Positions 50,297 through 60,170 are shown, counted from the stretch's first letter. The stretch is DNA of 64,000 nt from Candidatus Saccharimonadota bacterium (GCA_022841445.1 JALHRM010000001.1:259777-323776); one strand, 5' to 3'. Translations and numbers: made by a program. The notes: generated from the sequence alone by a model not told the origin.

Positions 50297-51349
50297 GATG
50301 ATGCCGGAGCCAGGCAATGCTGATACTACACCGTTCTTGAACACTTCGTTGCTACGGATTGTAACCTGACTTACCTTGCCAACGACTCTGCGGCCGGCAA
50401 AAGGAGTCCAGCCAGCTTTGGTTTTTAGCTGGTCATTACTAAGTTCATATTCATCCATGTCTATGGTAACTACTGTGTCATCATCGATTGGCGTCTTAAA
50501 AATACGCGCCGGATTAGTGTGTAATTTTTCGATAAGCTGCTTCATGGTTAACCTGCCTTCGGCTTCCGCGGTGAGCATAAGCGGCAGAGTAGTTTCCAGG
50601 CCAGGTACCCCAAAAGGCGGTGTGTCGCTGTCTTTTTCGGCGCGAGTGTGCGGAGCATGGTCAGACTCGATAACATCGATGTAATCAAGATGTTGCCACA
50701 AAAAATCTTGATCTATCTGCGGTTTCAGGGAAGGCTTCATATGTCCGTAAGCACGGAGTCGCTCGGCATCTTTATCAGTCAAAAAGAGGTGATGCGGTGT
50801 AACACCGCAGGTGATTGGTAATCCTGCATCTTTGGAGCGAATAACAAGCTCTAATTCTGCCTGGCTGGAAACATGGCAGACGTGCGTCGCTTTTGGTACG
50901 GCACGCAGTGTTTTGCCAACTAGCTCCGAAACATCATCTTCGGCATGCAGCAAGATAGGCTTATTGCTTGGCCAGGCTCTGTAGATGTCAATCAGCCTTT
51001 CGGCGTCGATAATAAAGTTACCAGTGGTGACATTAAGATATACTTTGAGCCCACTGACTTTATCGATGACTTTGGGGAACTCATCGAAATTGTTACCGAG
51101 GGTTCCAAAATGAAAGCTAATATCACTTACAACCTGCTGCTTAGCACTGGCTATTTTTGCCTCTAGCCGCTCCAGCGTTGTGATTGGCTCAGCATTATTG
51201 GGCATGTCGAGAACCGTAGTAAATCCGCCAGCTAACGCTGCCGACGTACCAGTTAAAAAATCTTCCTTGTGAGTCTGGCCGGGATCACGTAAATGAACGT
51301 GTGGATCGACGAGACCGGGCAGTGTAATGGTTTTAGGCATTATTGCCAT
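50291..51349 (-). CDS. pyrC: Dihydroorotase
   Basis: LPGLVDPHVHLRDPG (HxH metal site). Later motifs HAED, HVCHVSS and ESDHAPH. The start is ambiguous: ATG at 51349 or 51340, or TTG at 51361. Confidence 0.85.
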   Translation of the reverse strand: MAIMPKTITLPGLVDPHVHLRDPGQTHKEDFLTGTSAALAGGFTTVLDMPNNAEPITTLERLEAKIASAKQQVVSDISFHFGTLGNNFDEFPKVIDKVSGLKVYLNVTTGNFIIDAERLIDIYRAWPSNKPILLHAEDDVSELVGKTLRAVPKATHVCHVSSQAELELVIRSKDAGLPITCGVTPHHLFLTDKDAERLRAYGHMKPSLKPQIDQDFLWQHLDYIDVIESDHAPHTRAEKDSDTPPFGVPGLETTLPLMLTAEAEGRLTMKQLIEKLHTNPARIFKTPIDDDTVVTIDMDEYELSNDQLKTKAGWTPFAGRRVVGKVSQVTIRSNEVFKNGVVSALPGSGIIL

Positions 51350-51398
51350 TATATAGCTCAATCATTAACACGCGTAGTGTAGTAATAAAAATATATTC

Positions 51399-51507
51399 TT
51401 GCATCAAAGTGCGATGTTTAGTAAATTCTATTGAGATGCAAAAAAAGCTGCGGGTCAAAGATCAATTAAATGTGCACGGAAATCGCTCCACTGGGAGCGA
51501 TTTTTTT
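51399..51507 (+). promoter_or_regulatory. carA-carB-pyrB promoter plus an intrinsic-terminator-like leader hairpin (candidate attenuator)
   Basis: -35 TTGCAT (51399-51404), 17-nt spacer, -10 TAAATT (51422-51427), 8 nt before ATG 51436. Hairpin AATCGCTCC-actg-GGAGCGATT followed by TTTTTTT (51481-51507). This lies upstream of the first CarA-homologous residues (...KLYLSDGAVFDG from ~51523). Confidence 0.5.
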
Positions 51508-52539
51508 AAGAAAAAGTATGCCAAGCTGTATTTGAGTGACGGTGCGGTATTTGATGGTCAAGTACCAGAGTGGCAATCTGGTGAGTACTTCGGAGAAGTT
51601 GTGTTCAATACTGGCATGAGTGGTTACGTAGAATCTTTGACCGATCCATCATACGCCAATCAAATACTAGTGTTTACGTATCCATTGATTGGTAATTACG
51701 GCGTACAAATGAACGATGTAGAGTCGGATAAAATACAGGTCAGCGGCGTAGTAGTTAGCCAAGTAGCGCTAATTGGCAGTCATAGCCAGTCTCAGCAGTC
51801 GCTGCTTGACTGGCTAAAAAGTCAGAGTATCCCGGTGCTATTGGGCGTGGATACCAGGGCACTTACTAAACATCTCCGAAGTATTGGGAGCATCACAGGC
51901 GTGATAAGCGAAAAACCACCAGTCGATAGAATTTTACCGCTACCGCCAAAGTTTGTGACTGTACCCAAACCGATTACTCACAATAAAAGAGGTGTCAAAA
52001 GAGTTATTTTGGTGGATTGCGGCTCAAAGGACAATATATTGCAGTCACTCTTGGCGCTAAACCTCGAAGTCACGCAGGTGCCTCGGGATTATGATTATTC
52101 GTCCGATAGTTACGACGGAGTAGTGCTTTCTAACGGGCCCGGTAACCCAACTGATTATGTAGACACCATATTCATAGCTAAAAAGGCTGTCAAAAAAGGC
52201 AAACCAATTTTTGGGATTTGTCTCGGTACGCAAATTATGGCGCTGGCTGCAGGCGCAGACACTTACAAATTACGATTTGGCCACCGTGGTCATAATCAGC
52301 CCTGCATGCAGTTAAAAACTAGGAAGTGTTACATTACCAGCCAGAATCATGGCTATGCTATTGATGAAAAGACCTTACCAAAAGACTGGGAAGTCTCGTT
52401 TCGCAACCTTAATGACCAATCGGTTGAAGGAATAAGGCATAAAACAAAACCATTTTTTTCGGTGCAGTTCCATCCCGAGGCTTGTCCTGGACCGACGGAC
52501 ACACAATGGCTGTTCAAGGAATTCGAGGCGCTGCTGTGA
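51436..52539 (+). CDS. carA: Carbamoyl-phosphate synthase small (glutaminase) subunit
   Basis: LSDGAVFDGQ...GEVVFNTGMSGYVESLTDPSY. GATase triad motifs GICLGTQIMA and VQFHPE. The start is uncertain: ATG 51436 gives a ~30-aa extension that reads through the leader hairpin, while in-frame TTG 51532 gives MSDGAVF. Confidence 0.88.
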   Translation: MQKKLRVKDQLNVHGNRSTGSDFFKKKYAKLYLSDGAVFDGQVPEWQSGEYFGEVVFNTGMSGYVESLTDPSYANQILVFTYPLIGNYGVQMNDVESDKIQVSGVVVSQVALIGSHSQSQQSLLDWLKSQSIPVLLGVDTRALTKHLRSIGSITGVISEKPPVDRILPLPPKFVTVPKPITHNKRGVKRVILVDCGSKDNILQSLLALNLEVTQVPRDYDYSSDSYDGVVLSNGPGNPTDYVDTIFIAKKAVKKGKPIFGICLGTQIMALAAGADTYKLRFGHRGHNQPCMQLKTRKCYITSQNHGYAIDEKTLPKDWEVSFRNLNDQSVEGIRHKTKPFFSVQFHPEACPGPTDTQWLFKEFEALL

Positions 52540-55500
52540 GTAAGTTACGAAAAGTTGTGATTTTGGGTTCCGGCGGGCTGCGTATCGGTCAGGCAGGTGA
52601 ATTTGATTATTCCGGTAGCCAGGCTATAAAAGCACTTAAAGAAGAGGGTATCAGAACAGTTTTGATTAACCCGAACATCGCCACGGTACAGACTGATAGC
52701 GATATGGCTGATGCAGTATACTTTCAACCGCTGAATGTAGAAACTGTTACAAAGATCTTGCAAAAAGAGAAGCCACAAGCTGTCCTGCTTAGTTTCGGTG
52801 GGCAGACTGCTCTTAATCTCGGACTCGAACTTCACGATCTTGGTGTGCTCAAGAAGCTTAATATCAAAGTTCTAGGTACATCCGTAGAAACAATAAAAAC
52901 TACAGAAGATCGCGACCTATTCAAAGCCGCCCTTGATGAAATTGCCGTTAACACAGCCCGCAGTCAAGCAGTAAATTCCATAAAGGAAGCCGTGGTTGCT
53001 GCCAAAAAAATAGGCTATCCTATCATGTTGCGTGCCGCGTATAGTCTCGGCGGCCTGGGCTCCGGTCGTGTTAATAACGAAACTGAGCTTCGCGCTAAGG
53101 CTGAGGCCGCGCTTTATGCTGTACCACAAATACTGGTTGAAGAATATTTAGAAGGTTGGAAAGAAATTGAGTACGAAGTTGTTCGGGACATCGACGGCAA
53201 TACTATAACGGTTTGCAACATGGAAAACTTTGATCCGATGGGTGTTCATACAGGCGAAAGTATCGTTATCGCGCCATCACAGACACTGACGAATGAGGAA
53301 TACCACCGACTCAGGGAGGTTGCCATTAAAACTATCAATCACCTGGGCATTGTCGGCGAATGCAACATTCAATATGCGCTTGATCCGAAGACAGGTGACT
53401 ACCGTGTAATCGAAGTCAACGCCCGTTTAAGTCGCAGTAGCGCGTTAGCTTCCAAGGCAACAGGCTATCCTTTAGCTTTTGTGGCAGCAAAGCTTGTCTT
53501 GGGCAAACGGCTTCATGAACTAAAAAATTCGGTGACGGGTACAACATCAGCCTTTTTTGAACCTGCGCTTGATTATGTCGCTGTTAAAATGCCTCGCTGG
53601 GATCTTAATAAGCTCAAGTCAAGTGACCGGCATATCGGTTCTGAAATGAAAAGTGTCGGCGAAGTGATGGGGCTGGGACGATCTTTCCCGGAAGCACTGC
53701 AGAAGGCAATCCGGATGCTCAACATAGGGGCTGAGGGTCTGACTCAGCATCAATTTGATATTGATCAACCACTCGATGAGATCAAATACCCAACCGACCG
53801 TCGTTTGTTTGCAATTGCCGAGGCGTTCAAGCAAGGAACGACCGTAGAAAAAGTTCATAAACTATCTAAAATTGATTATTGGTTTCTGAGACACCTAGCA
53901 GATATTGTGGGTACAGCCAACGACCTACAAACTAAATCACTGGATACTGGTAATCTGCTTCAAGCCAAGCAAATGGGCTTTTCAGATGCATCGATTGCTT
54001 TAATTAAAAATGTTTCGGTAGGCTCGGTTCGTGCAAAGCGTATAAGGTTCGGTATTACTCCGTTCATCAAGCAAATCGATACCTTGGCTGGCGAGTTTGA
54101 TGCCACTACCAACTACCTTTACATGACGTATTTTGGTTCGGTGCATGATGTTAGTTCGCTGGGGAATAAATCAGTTATTGTGATCGGTTCTGGGCCTTAT
54201 TCGATAGGCTCGTCGGTTGAGTTTGATTGGAGCGCTATTAATACGGCGATGACTTTGCGGTCTCATGGAAAGAAAACGGTAATTGTAAATTCTAATCCGG
54301 AGACAGTTTCTACTGATTTTGACCGGTCTGACCGATTGTATTTTGAGGAATTAAGTGAGGAGCGTGTTCAGGATATAGCCGATTTTGAAAAAACGGGTGG
54401 AATAGTAGTTTCGGTTGGTGGTCAGATTGCAAATAATCTGGCGCTGCCACTAATGAAAGCGGGTAATACGGTTCTTGGCACATCACCAAAACAAATCGAC
54501 CGCGCCGAAGATCGTCAAAAGTTTTCATCAATGCTGAGTAAGTTACATATAGACCAACCTGCTTGGATTGAAGTAAGCAACTTCAGTTCAGCTAAAAAAT
54601 TTGCCAAGCAAGTCGGCTACCCGGTCTTGATTAGGCCATCTTACGTGTTATCGGGTGGTGCGATGAATGTTGTTAGCAATGATGCTGACCTTGAGTATTA
54701 CCTGCGCGACGCCGCAAGACTATCCCCGGATCATCCAGTCGTTATCTCGCAGTTCATATTAAATGCTAAAGAACTTGAGATTGACGGCGTCGCAAAAGAC
54801 GGCGAGCTACTTATATATGCCATCTCGGAGCATATCGAAAATGCGGGTGTGCATTCGGGTGACGCTACGGTGGTCTATCCCGCACAAAACCTTTATCTTG
54901 AAACAGTCCGACGGGCGAAAAATATTGCTAAAGATATAGTAAAAAATCTAGATATCACAGGACCTTTCAATGTCCAATTTATTGCCAAGGACAACGAACT
55001 AAAGGTTATCGAGTGTAATGTGCGAGCGTCACGGTCATTCCCGTTTGTTTCCAAGGTCTCCGGGCATAACTTTATTGAAATTGCGACTGAAGCCATGCTT
55101 GGATTGAAACGTGACACTACGTACCAAACTCTTGAACTAGACCACGTAGGCGTAAAGTCGCCGCAGTTTTCGTACAATCGCCTAAAGGGCGCTGACCCGG
55201 TGGCTGGGGTAGAAATGGCTTCAACTGGAGAAGTAGCGTGCATCGGCGATACATTGGCCGAAGCATTCTATAATTCATGGCTAGCAACTGATCAAAAAAT
55301 TTCTGCCAAAACACTATTCCTTAGTATCCCCGATGAGCAAAAGCATAAATTTATAACTGAAGCAGCAGACTTAGTGAAAAAGGGCTGGAAAATCTATACT
55401 ACTGCCGGAACGCATCAGTACTTAAATGAACATGGTGTCACATCAACCAAGCTCCATAAAATCCAAGAACGCCGGGAACCAAGTGCCAAGACCGTCATTA

Positions 55501-55724
55501 TGAAACAGCAAGTTGCGCTTGTTGTTAACGTGCCCTCGAGCGACAAAGACACCAAGGATGCATATGTAATTCGTCGTTTAGCAATTGACAGCCATATACC
55601 GCTGCTTACCAATGCCGAAACCGGAAGGTTGCTGTTGCGATGTCTGGGCGATAGCAATGCTAGTGGCGATGAGCCAAAGTCTTGGCAAGAATACGTAGAA
55701 ATTAAGCAAAGGAGTTCAAAATGA
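52536..55724 (+). CDS. carB: Carbamoyl-phosphate synthase large subunit
   Basis: GTG start overlaps the carA stop (GTGA) and gives VSKLRKVVILGSGGLRIGQAGEFDYSG. Two ATP-grasp halves (second: VIVIGSGPYSIGSSVEFDW). About 1062 aa. Confidence 0.95.
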   Translation: MSKLRKVVILGSGGLRIGQAGEFDYSGSQAIKALKEEGIRTVLINPNIATVQTDSDMADAVYFQPLNVETVTKILQKEKPQAVLLSFGGQTALNLGLELHDLGVLKKLNIKVLGTSVETIKTTEDRDLFKAALDEIAVNTARSQAVNSIKEAVVAAKKIGYPIMLRAAYSLGGLGSGRVNNETELRAKAEAALYAVPQILVEEYLEGWKEIEYEVVRDIDGNTITVCNMENFDPMGVHTGESIVIAPSQTLTNEEYHRLREVAIKTINHLGIVGECNIQYALDPKTGDYRVIEVNARLSRSSALASKATGYPLAFVAAKLVLGKRLHELKNSVTGTTSAFFEPALDYVAVKMPRWDLNKLKSSDRHIGSEMKSVGEVMGLGRSFPEALQKAIRMLNIGAEGLTQHQFDIDQPLDEIKYPTDRRLFAIAEAFKQGTTVEKVHKLSKIDYWFLRHLADIVGTANDLQTKSLDTGNLLQAKQMGFSDASIALIKNVSVGSVRAKRIRFGITPFIKQIDTLAGEFDATTNYLYMTYFGSVHDVSSLGNKSVIVIGSGPYSIGSSVEFDWSAINTAMTLRSHGKKTVIVNSNPETVSTDFDRSDRLYFEELSEERVQDIADFEKTGGIVVSVGGQIANNLALPLMKAGNTVLGTSPKQIDRAEDRQKFSSMLSKLHIDQPAWIEVSNFSSAKKFAKQVGYPVLIRPSYVLSGGAMNVVSNDADLEYYLRDAARLSPDHPVVISQFILNAKELEIDGVAKDGELLIYAISEHIENAGVHSGDATVVYPAQNLYLETVRRAKNIAKDIVKNLDITGPFNVQFIAKDNELKVIECNVRASRSFPFVSKVSGHNFIEIATEAMLGLKRDTTYQTLELDHVGVKSPQFSYNRLKGADPVAGVEMASTGEVACIGDTLAEAFYNSWLATDQKISAKTLFLSIPDEQKHKFITEAADLVKKGWKIYTTAGTHQYLNEHGVTSTKLHKIQERREPSAKTVIMKQQVALVVNVPSSDKDTKDAYVIRRLAIDSHIPLLTNAETGRLLLRCLGDSNASGDEPKSWQEYVEIKQRSSK

Positions 55725-56650
55725 ATAACAAACACTTACTAACCGCAGACGAATTTAGCCCAGAGCAGCTTAAAGCTTTGTTCGAACATGCTGATGCGAT
55801 GCGAACAACACTTACCGATGAAAAAGCCCGGAAAGAGCTTGCCACCAAGCACATAGACAAACAGGTGTGCAGCCTGTTTTATGAGCCTTCAACCCGTACT
55901 CGCAGTAGCTTTGAGGCCGCCGCCATGAAGCTGGGTATGGGGGTGGTCAGTACCGAAAACGCCAGCGAGTTTTCTTCTGCGGCGAAAGGTGAAACGATTA
56001 CTGACACAACTCAAGTTCTAAACCAGTACGGATTTTCGGCGATTATCATAAGGCACCCCCAGACGGGTGCGGTCGCAGAAGCGGCGAGTGTAAGCGAAGC
56101 GCCGATTATCAATGCCGGAGACGGTAAGGGTGACCATCCTTCCCAGAGCCTGCTGGATACTTACACTATTTACCGTAAGTTTGGACGGCTTAATAATCTG
56201 AGGGTCGTAATGGGTGGCGATTTGCGCAATGGACGGACGGTTCGCTCGCTCGCCAAAATATTGGCCAAATACCAAGGCAACCACTTGGTTTTTGTTTCGT
56301 TACCAGAATTACAAATGGCGGATGATATAAAAGAAATTCTTACGGCTACTGGTACAACGTTTGAGGAATCTAGTGAGATGGAACAGGCCTTTAAGAATGC
56401 CGACGTCATTTACTGGACCCGGCTACAGAAGGAGCGTCTGCAAGGTGATGCCAGCATATCAAGCGGCGGGTTCGTAATCGATAAGAATTCCTTAAAATAT
56501 ATCGACGAGCATGCAATTATCATGCATCCGCTGCCTAGGGTTGGCGAAATAACCGAAGAAGTAGATGCTGATCCTCGAGCGATATACTTTGAGCAGGCAG
56601 GTAATGGGCTTTATATTCGTATGGCGCTGCTTGATGGTATGGTTTGTTAG
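55721..56650 (+). CDS. pyrB: Aspartate carbamoyltransferase catalytic subunit
   Basis: ATGA overlap with carB. Motifs FYEPSTRTRSSFE, HPSQSLLD and HPLPR. Confidence 0.93.
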   Translation: MNNKHLLTADEFSPEQLKALFEHADAMRTTLTDEKARKELATKHIDKQVCSLFYEPSTRTRSSFEAAAMKLGMGVVSTENASEFSSAAKGETITDTTQVLNQYGFSAIIIRHPQTGAVAEAASVSEAPIINAGDGKGDHPSQSLLDTYTIYRKFGRLNNLRVVMGGDLRNGRTVRSLAKILAKYQGNHLVFVSLPELQMADDIKEILTATGTTFEESSEMEQAFKNADVIYWTRLQKERLQGDASISSGGFVIDKNSLKYIDEHAIIMHPLPRVGEITEEVDADPRAIYFEQAGNGLYIRMALLDGMVC

Positions 56651-56723
56651 AGAGACATATTTGTATTTTTAAAAAAATAGTGTATAGTACGAAATAAGGG
56701 AAAATCTAATTAGGAGATACGAA

Positions 56724-57065
56724 ATGCCATTATTTGGTATGGCCGCTTTACGCGCCAGAGAAGCTGAACGAGAAGTGCTAGGTGTTTTAGCCAAGAAAGG
56801 TCCAACTACGCTTGAAACAGCTACGAGAATTGCATCCGAAAGTGGAGTTCAGGACGCAGGGATACGGCCTCTCACAGTCGCGATACTTAGTATAAGGGGT
56901 GGAATCTCACCACGCGTTGAAGGGCGCAGTCGGGAAGGTGAACCAATCATCGTGCATGAAGTTACGCCACTCGGACAAGAATTAATCGCAGGTGCAAAGC
57001 CGCCTCGTCTTGATATGATTCGTCAAATGGCTAGTAACGTTATGGCGGCGGCATTTCGTCGGTAA
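56724..57065 (+). CDS. Hypothetical small protein (possible winged-helix fold)
   Basis: 113-aa ORF behind AGGAGA. The segment EVLGVLAKKGPTTLETATRIASESG looks wHTH-like, but this is a weak impression only. Confidence 0.45.
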   Translation: MPLFGMAALRAREAEREVLGVLAKKGPTTLETATRIASESGVQDAGIRPLTVAILSIRGGISPRVEGRSREGEPIIVHEVTPLGQELIAGAKPPRLDMIRQMASNVMAAAFRR

Positions 57066-57093
57066 TAAAACACAAAACTTGACGACTTTGTCT

Positions 57094-57126
57094 AAACTCC
57101 TTCAGAATAGTTCTGAAGGAGTTTTT
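57094..57126 (+). terminator. Strong hairpin plus T-run between the 113-aa gene and purA; the 3' arm contains the purA Shine-Dalgarno sequence
   Basis: AAACTCCTTCAGAA-tag-TTCTGAAGGAGTTT-TTG is a 14-bp stem. AAGGAG (57116-57121) lies inside the descending arm, 7 nt before ATG 57129. Confidence 0.7.
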
Positions 57127-57128
57127 GT

Positions 57129-58424
57129 ATGGCAGACGGCGGCGTAGTAGCGGTTATTGGTACTCAGTTTGGCGACGAAGGTAAGGGGCGGTTCATCGAC
57201 AACCTTATCGAATCCGAAAGCATTTCGGTCGTTGCTCGTTTTAATGGTGGGCCTAACGCAGGGCACAGAATCGTTTATCAGGGTAAGTCAATTAGTCTGC
57301 ATCTGATGCCATCTGGCGTATTTAGCGACGGTGTCATGAACGTTATTGGTAACGGAACAGTAGTTAATCCGATCAAACTAGTAGCAGAAATTGACGAGCT
57401 GATTGCTGCTGGCCGCACAATTGATAAAAATTGTCTGCTACTAAGCAATGCAGCCGCGTTAATTCTACCAAGTCATATCATTGAAGATATAGTTACCGGT
57501 GGCAAAGTTGGAACTACCGGGCAGGGGATTGGTCCAGCTTATATGGCAAAAGTCGGTCGACATGGAGTGCGCACAAACTTGCTCGCCAACCCAGCAATCT
57601 ACGAAAAAACTCTGCGTGATGACTTAGAACAGTCTCTGAAAATTCATGGAAAAACCGTCGAACAATGGCTGGGTATGTCTACTGAAGAATACATGGTGGC
57701 GAGTGTATCGGCCGCGAAGCGTCTCGCCCCGCTAGTTAATGACGCGGGCGTATATTTGCGCGCCCAGATTGCTAGTGGTAAAAAGATTTTGGCTGAGGGC
57801 GCTCAGGCAACTTTACTCGACATCAATCACGGAACGTACCCGTTTGTCACATCTTCAAGCACTACCAGTGCGGGTGTGGCATCTGGCTTAGGTATCCCGC
57901 CTACTGCCATTAATGATGTATTTGGAGTAGCCAAGCTGACAATGAGTCGAGTTGGTGAAGGCCCGTTCCCAACAGAAATTGACCAAGGTGAGCTGGCCGA
58001 TAAAATGCGCGGTCAAAAAGGTACAGTAGATGGTGAATATGGTGGCACGACTGGCCGGTCACGTCGGATAGGGTGGTTTGACGCAGTTGTTATTAAGTAC
58101 GCAGCTGAGATTAATGGTCTGACACGTTTGGGGCTAACCAAGCTGGACAGACTATCTGGGTATCCAGAACTGAAAATCGCGGTCGCATATTCTTACAAGG
58201 GTAAGAGGTTAGACGGCTTTACTGGTGATATTGAGGTACTGGCCGAATGTGAAGTCGAGTACGAAACTTTCGCCGGTTGGGATGATGATCTGTCTGGTAT
58301 TCGAACATACGATGAGCTTCCGCAAAACGCCAGAACTTATATCGAAAGAATTGAAGAACTCGCGGGCATACCAGTTGCCATGATCGGCGTTGGTCCTGAA
58401 CGCGAACAGATGATTATTCGCTAA
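57129..58424 (+). CDS. purA: Adenylosuccinate synthetase
   Basis: GTQFGDEGKGR (P-loop), GTTGQGIGPAY and GTTGRSRRIGW. 431 aa. Confidence 0.95.
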   Translation: MADGGVVAVIGTQFGDEGKGRFIDNLIESESISVVARFNGGPNAGHRIVYQGKSISLHLMPSGVFSDGVMNVIGNGTVVNPIKLVAEIDELIAAGRTIDKNCLLLSNAAALILPSHIIEDIVTGGKVGTTGQGIGPAYMAKVGRHGVRTNLLANPAIYEKTLRDDLEQSLKIHGKTVEQWLGMSTEEYMVASVSAAKRLAPLVNDAGVYLRAQIASGKKILAEGAQATLLDINHGTYPFVTSSSTTSAGVASGLGIPPTAINDVFGVAKLTMSRVGEGPFPTEIDQGELADKMRGQKGTVDGEYGGTTGRSRRIGWFDAVVIKYAAEINGLTRLGLTKLDRLSGYPELKIAVAYSYKGKRLDGFTGDIEVLAECEVEYETFAGWDDDLSGIRTYDELPQNARTYIERIEELAGIPVAMIGVGPEREQMIIR

Positions 58425-58447
58425 ATATTTCGGTATAATTAATTCAA

Positions 58448-58870
58448 ATGAAGCCGAAGACAAAAGCTAGTACAGTCGAACAGTATCTCGCAGAGGCGAC
58501 TCCAGAACGGCGCGAAATTCTTGAAAAGTTGGTGCATGTCATCAGTGGGGCGGTGCCGGAAATCAACAAGCATTTTTACTACAACATGATCAGCTGGGGA
58601 CTCTACAAGTACAAATATGCTAGCGGCAGGGAAGGCGAGTGGCCACTTATAATGCTGGCGAACCAAAAGAACTACATTAGTGTATATGTCTGTGCGGCAG
58701 AAAAAGGTAAGGGCTATCTGGCCGAAAATAACAAAGAACGATTGGGCAAAGTATCAGTTGGCAAAAGCTGTATCCGTTTCCAGAAACTGAATGATATAAA
58801 TCTGGATGTTTTGGCTGAACTATGCAAAAAAGCTGAGCGGCTAGTCAAAGACGGCAACTTTGCAATGTAG
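58448..58870 (+). CDS. DUF1801-like (YdhG-type) small protein
   Basis: 140 aa. The N-terminal STVEQYLAEATPERREILEKLVHVI pattern resembles the DUF1801 family as I remember it. Confidence 0.55.
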   Translation: MKPKTKASTVEQYLAEATPERREILEKLVHVISGAVPEINKHFYYNMISWGLYKYKYASGREGEWPLIMLANQKNYISVYVCAAEKGKGYLAENNKERLGKVSVGKSCIRFQKLNDINLDVLAELCKKAERLVKDGNFAM

Positions 58871-58873
58871 TTA

Positions 58874-60019
58874 TCACCAGTTGAACGGGTGATTGCTAGA
58901 AAGTGGCCGCCGACAAGGGTTTTGAGGGCCCTGATTTACTTCGAAATTTACAAATGAGGTTGCTGGTAGTGGCTCCACGATACGTGCCACCGCTATACCG
59001 CCTGGTGTTATAACTACTGGTAGCCTGCGTGGTCGTAAGCAAGTCTCTATGTAGTCTTCAATACTAATTACGTTGCCAGCTTTGGCTTGACGACGACATT
59101 CTAGTACATAACCTATAACGTCTGCTTGCGCAGTCTTCCCCCCATCACCAATAAGCTTTGCGACATTAATAAGATCCCCATACTCCTCCGCTTCGATCAT
59201 TAAAGTAGCGTTTTCTTCGCGGTAGCCCTTATCTATAGCACGAAGAAAGGTGCTTGTAATTTGTGCTTTTTGTAGCGCCGTTCCTGCGAGGCCGTCCCAT
59301 TGATCGCCACAAGAAATCAATACATCAAAGGGTACTCCTGGAGCACTTTTTGCCACTTGCCCGCCATCGATGATCATTGTGCGTCCGTGAATATCTATAC
59401 CTAGATCGCTGTCATCAATTGCGATGCGGTGTTCCAATAACTGAGCAAATGCAAAGCCGAGTGTCTGCCCAAGGGCAGCGTCGCTAGGCTCATGAAAATT
59501 GACAAAATCAACTTTATCCATGATTAGCACCGGAAGTCTGCCTTCGCGGGTAACTCGTGGTATGGGAGTATCCCGGAACATTACACGAGGGGGCGTTTTC
59601 GCTGGTTCGCGTTTGTATTCACGAGGCACATCAACGTAAAGTCTTGCCACTGGACCAATCCCTAATTCTCCGAGGCACCGGACTGCACGCATTTGACTAT
59701 GCCAGCGGCTTGGCATTCCTTCATGGCGGGGGACTTCAAATACTAGCTTACCGGCTTCATCTTGCAGTATGACGCCAGTAGATCCTATGTCAGAAAGCTC
59801 CGTAAGAGGCACGCCAGGAAAAAGTTGTCTAGCGTATGAAAGCGCCTCGGGGAAGCCGCCATCTTGAGGTAGGCCACTTTTCAATAAATCTGTAATCGGC
59901 GCAGTGGGAAGTGTATTATCTACATAGCGAACAAATTCAACTTCACCGTCTCGTACTATGCCGAGCTCTCTTACTGGGTCTAATAATGCGGATTCACCCG
60001 ATATGTACTGCGAGGACAT
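58874..60019 (-). CDS. Hypothetical protein (381 aa)
   Basis: Long ORF with coding-like composition. I had a faint kinase-like impression (VLIMDKVD ... IAIDDSDLGIDIHGRTMIIDGG), but no motif I can defend. Confidence 0.5.
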   Translation of the reverse strand: MSSQYISGESALLDPVRELGIVRDGEVEFVRYVDNTLPTAPITDLLKSGLPQDGGFPEALSYARQLFPGVPLTELSDIGSTGVILQDEAGKLVFEVPRHEGMPSRWHSQMRAVRCLGELGIGPVARLYVDVPREYKREPAKTPPRVMFRDTPIPRVTREGRLPVLIMDKVDFVNFHEPSDAALGQTLGFAFAQLLEHRIAIDDSDLGIDIHGRTMIIDGGQVAKSAPGVPFDVLISCGDQWDGLAGTALQKAQITSTFLRAIDKGYREENATLMIEAEEYGDLINVAKLIGDGGKTAQADVIGYVLECRRQAKAGNVISIEDYIETCLRPRRLPVVITPGGIAVARIVEPLPATSFVNFEVNQGPQNPCRRPLSSNHPFNW

Positions 60020-60170
60020 TTCTTGGGACGCCTTAACTATAAACTTTAGTTATTTTATAACTTAATTTATTAATAGTCAAGCATTTGGTGAAACGTGTTT
60101 TTGTTTGCGCCAGGTGCTTAGTCTCACGCTACGCCTACGTATCATGTATGTCAACTGTTTTTATATTGAA

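Noticed and set aside
51436-51507. PyrR-type binding loop in the carA leader
   Set aside because: The B. subtilis-type consensus (..UCCAGAGAGGCU..) is not present in or near the hairpin, and no pyrR gene is in the window. I therefore do not claim a PyrR attenuator, only an unexplained terminator-like hairpin.
51343-52535. Long N-terminal extensions in the ORF track for carA (from 51343), carB (from 52482) and valS (to 36988)
   Set aside because: The extensions cross promoters or upstream coding regions and lack homology-like sequence. Better starts exist with overlap coupling or an SD (51436 or 51532; GTG 52536; ATG 36937).
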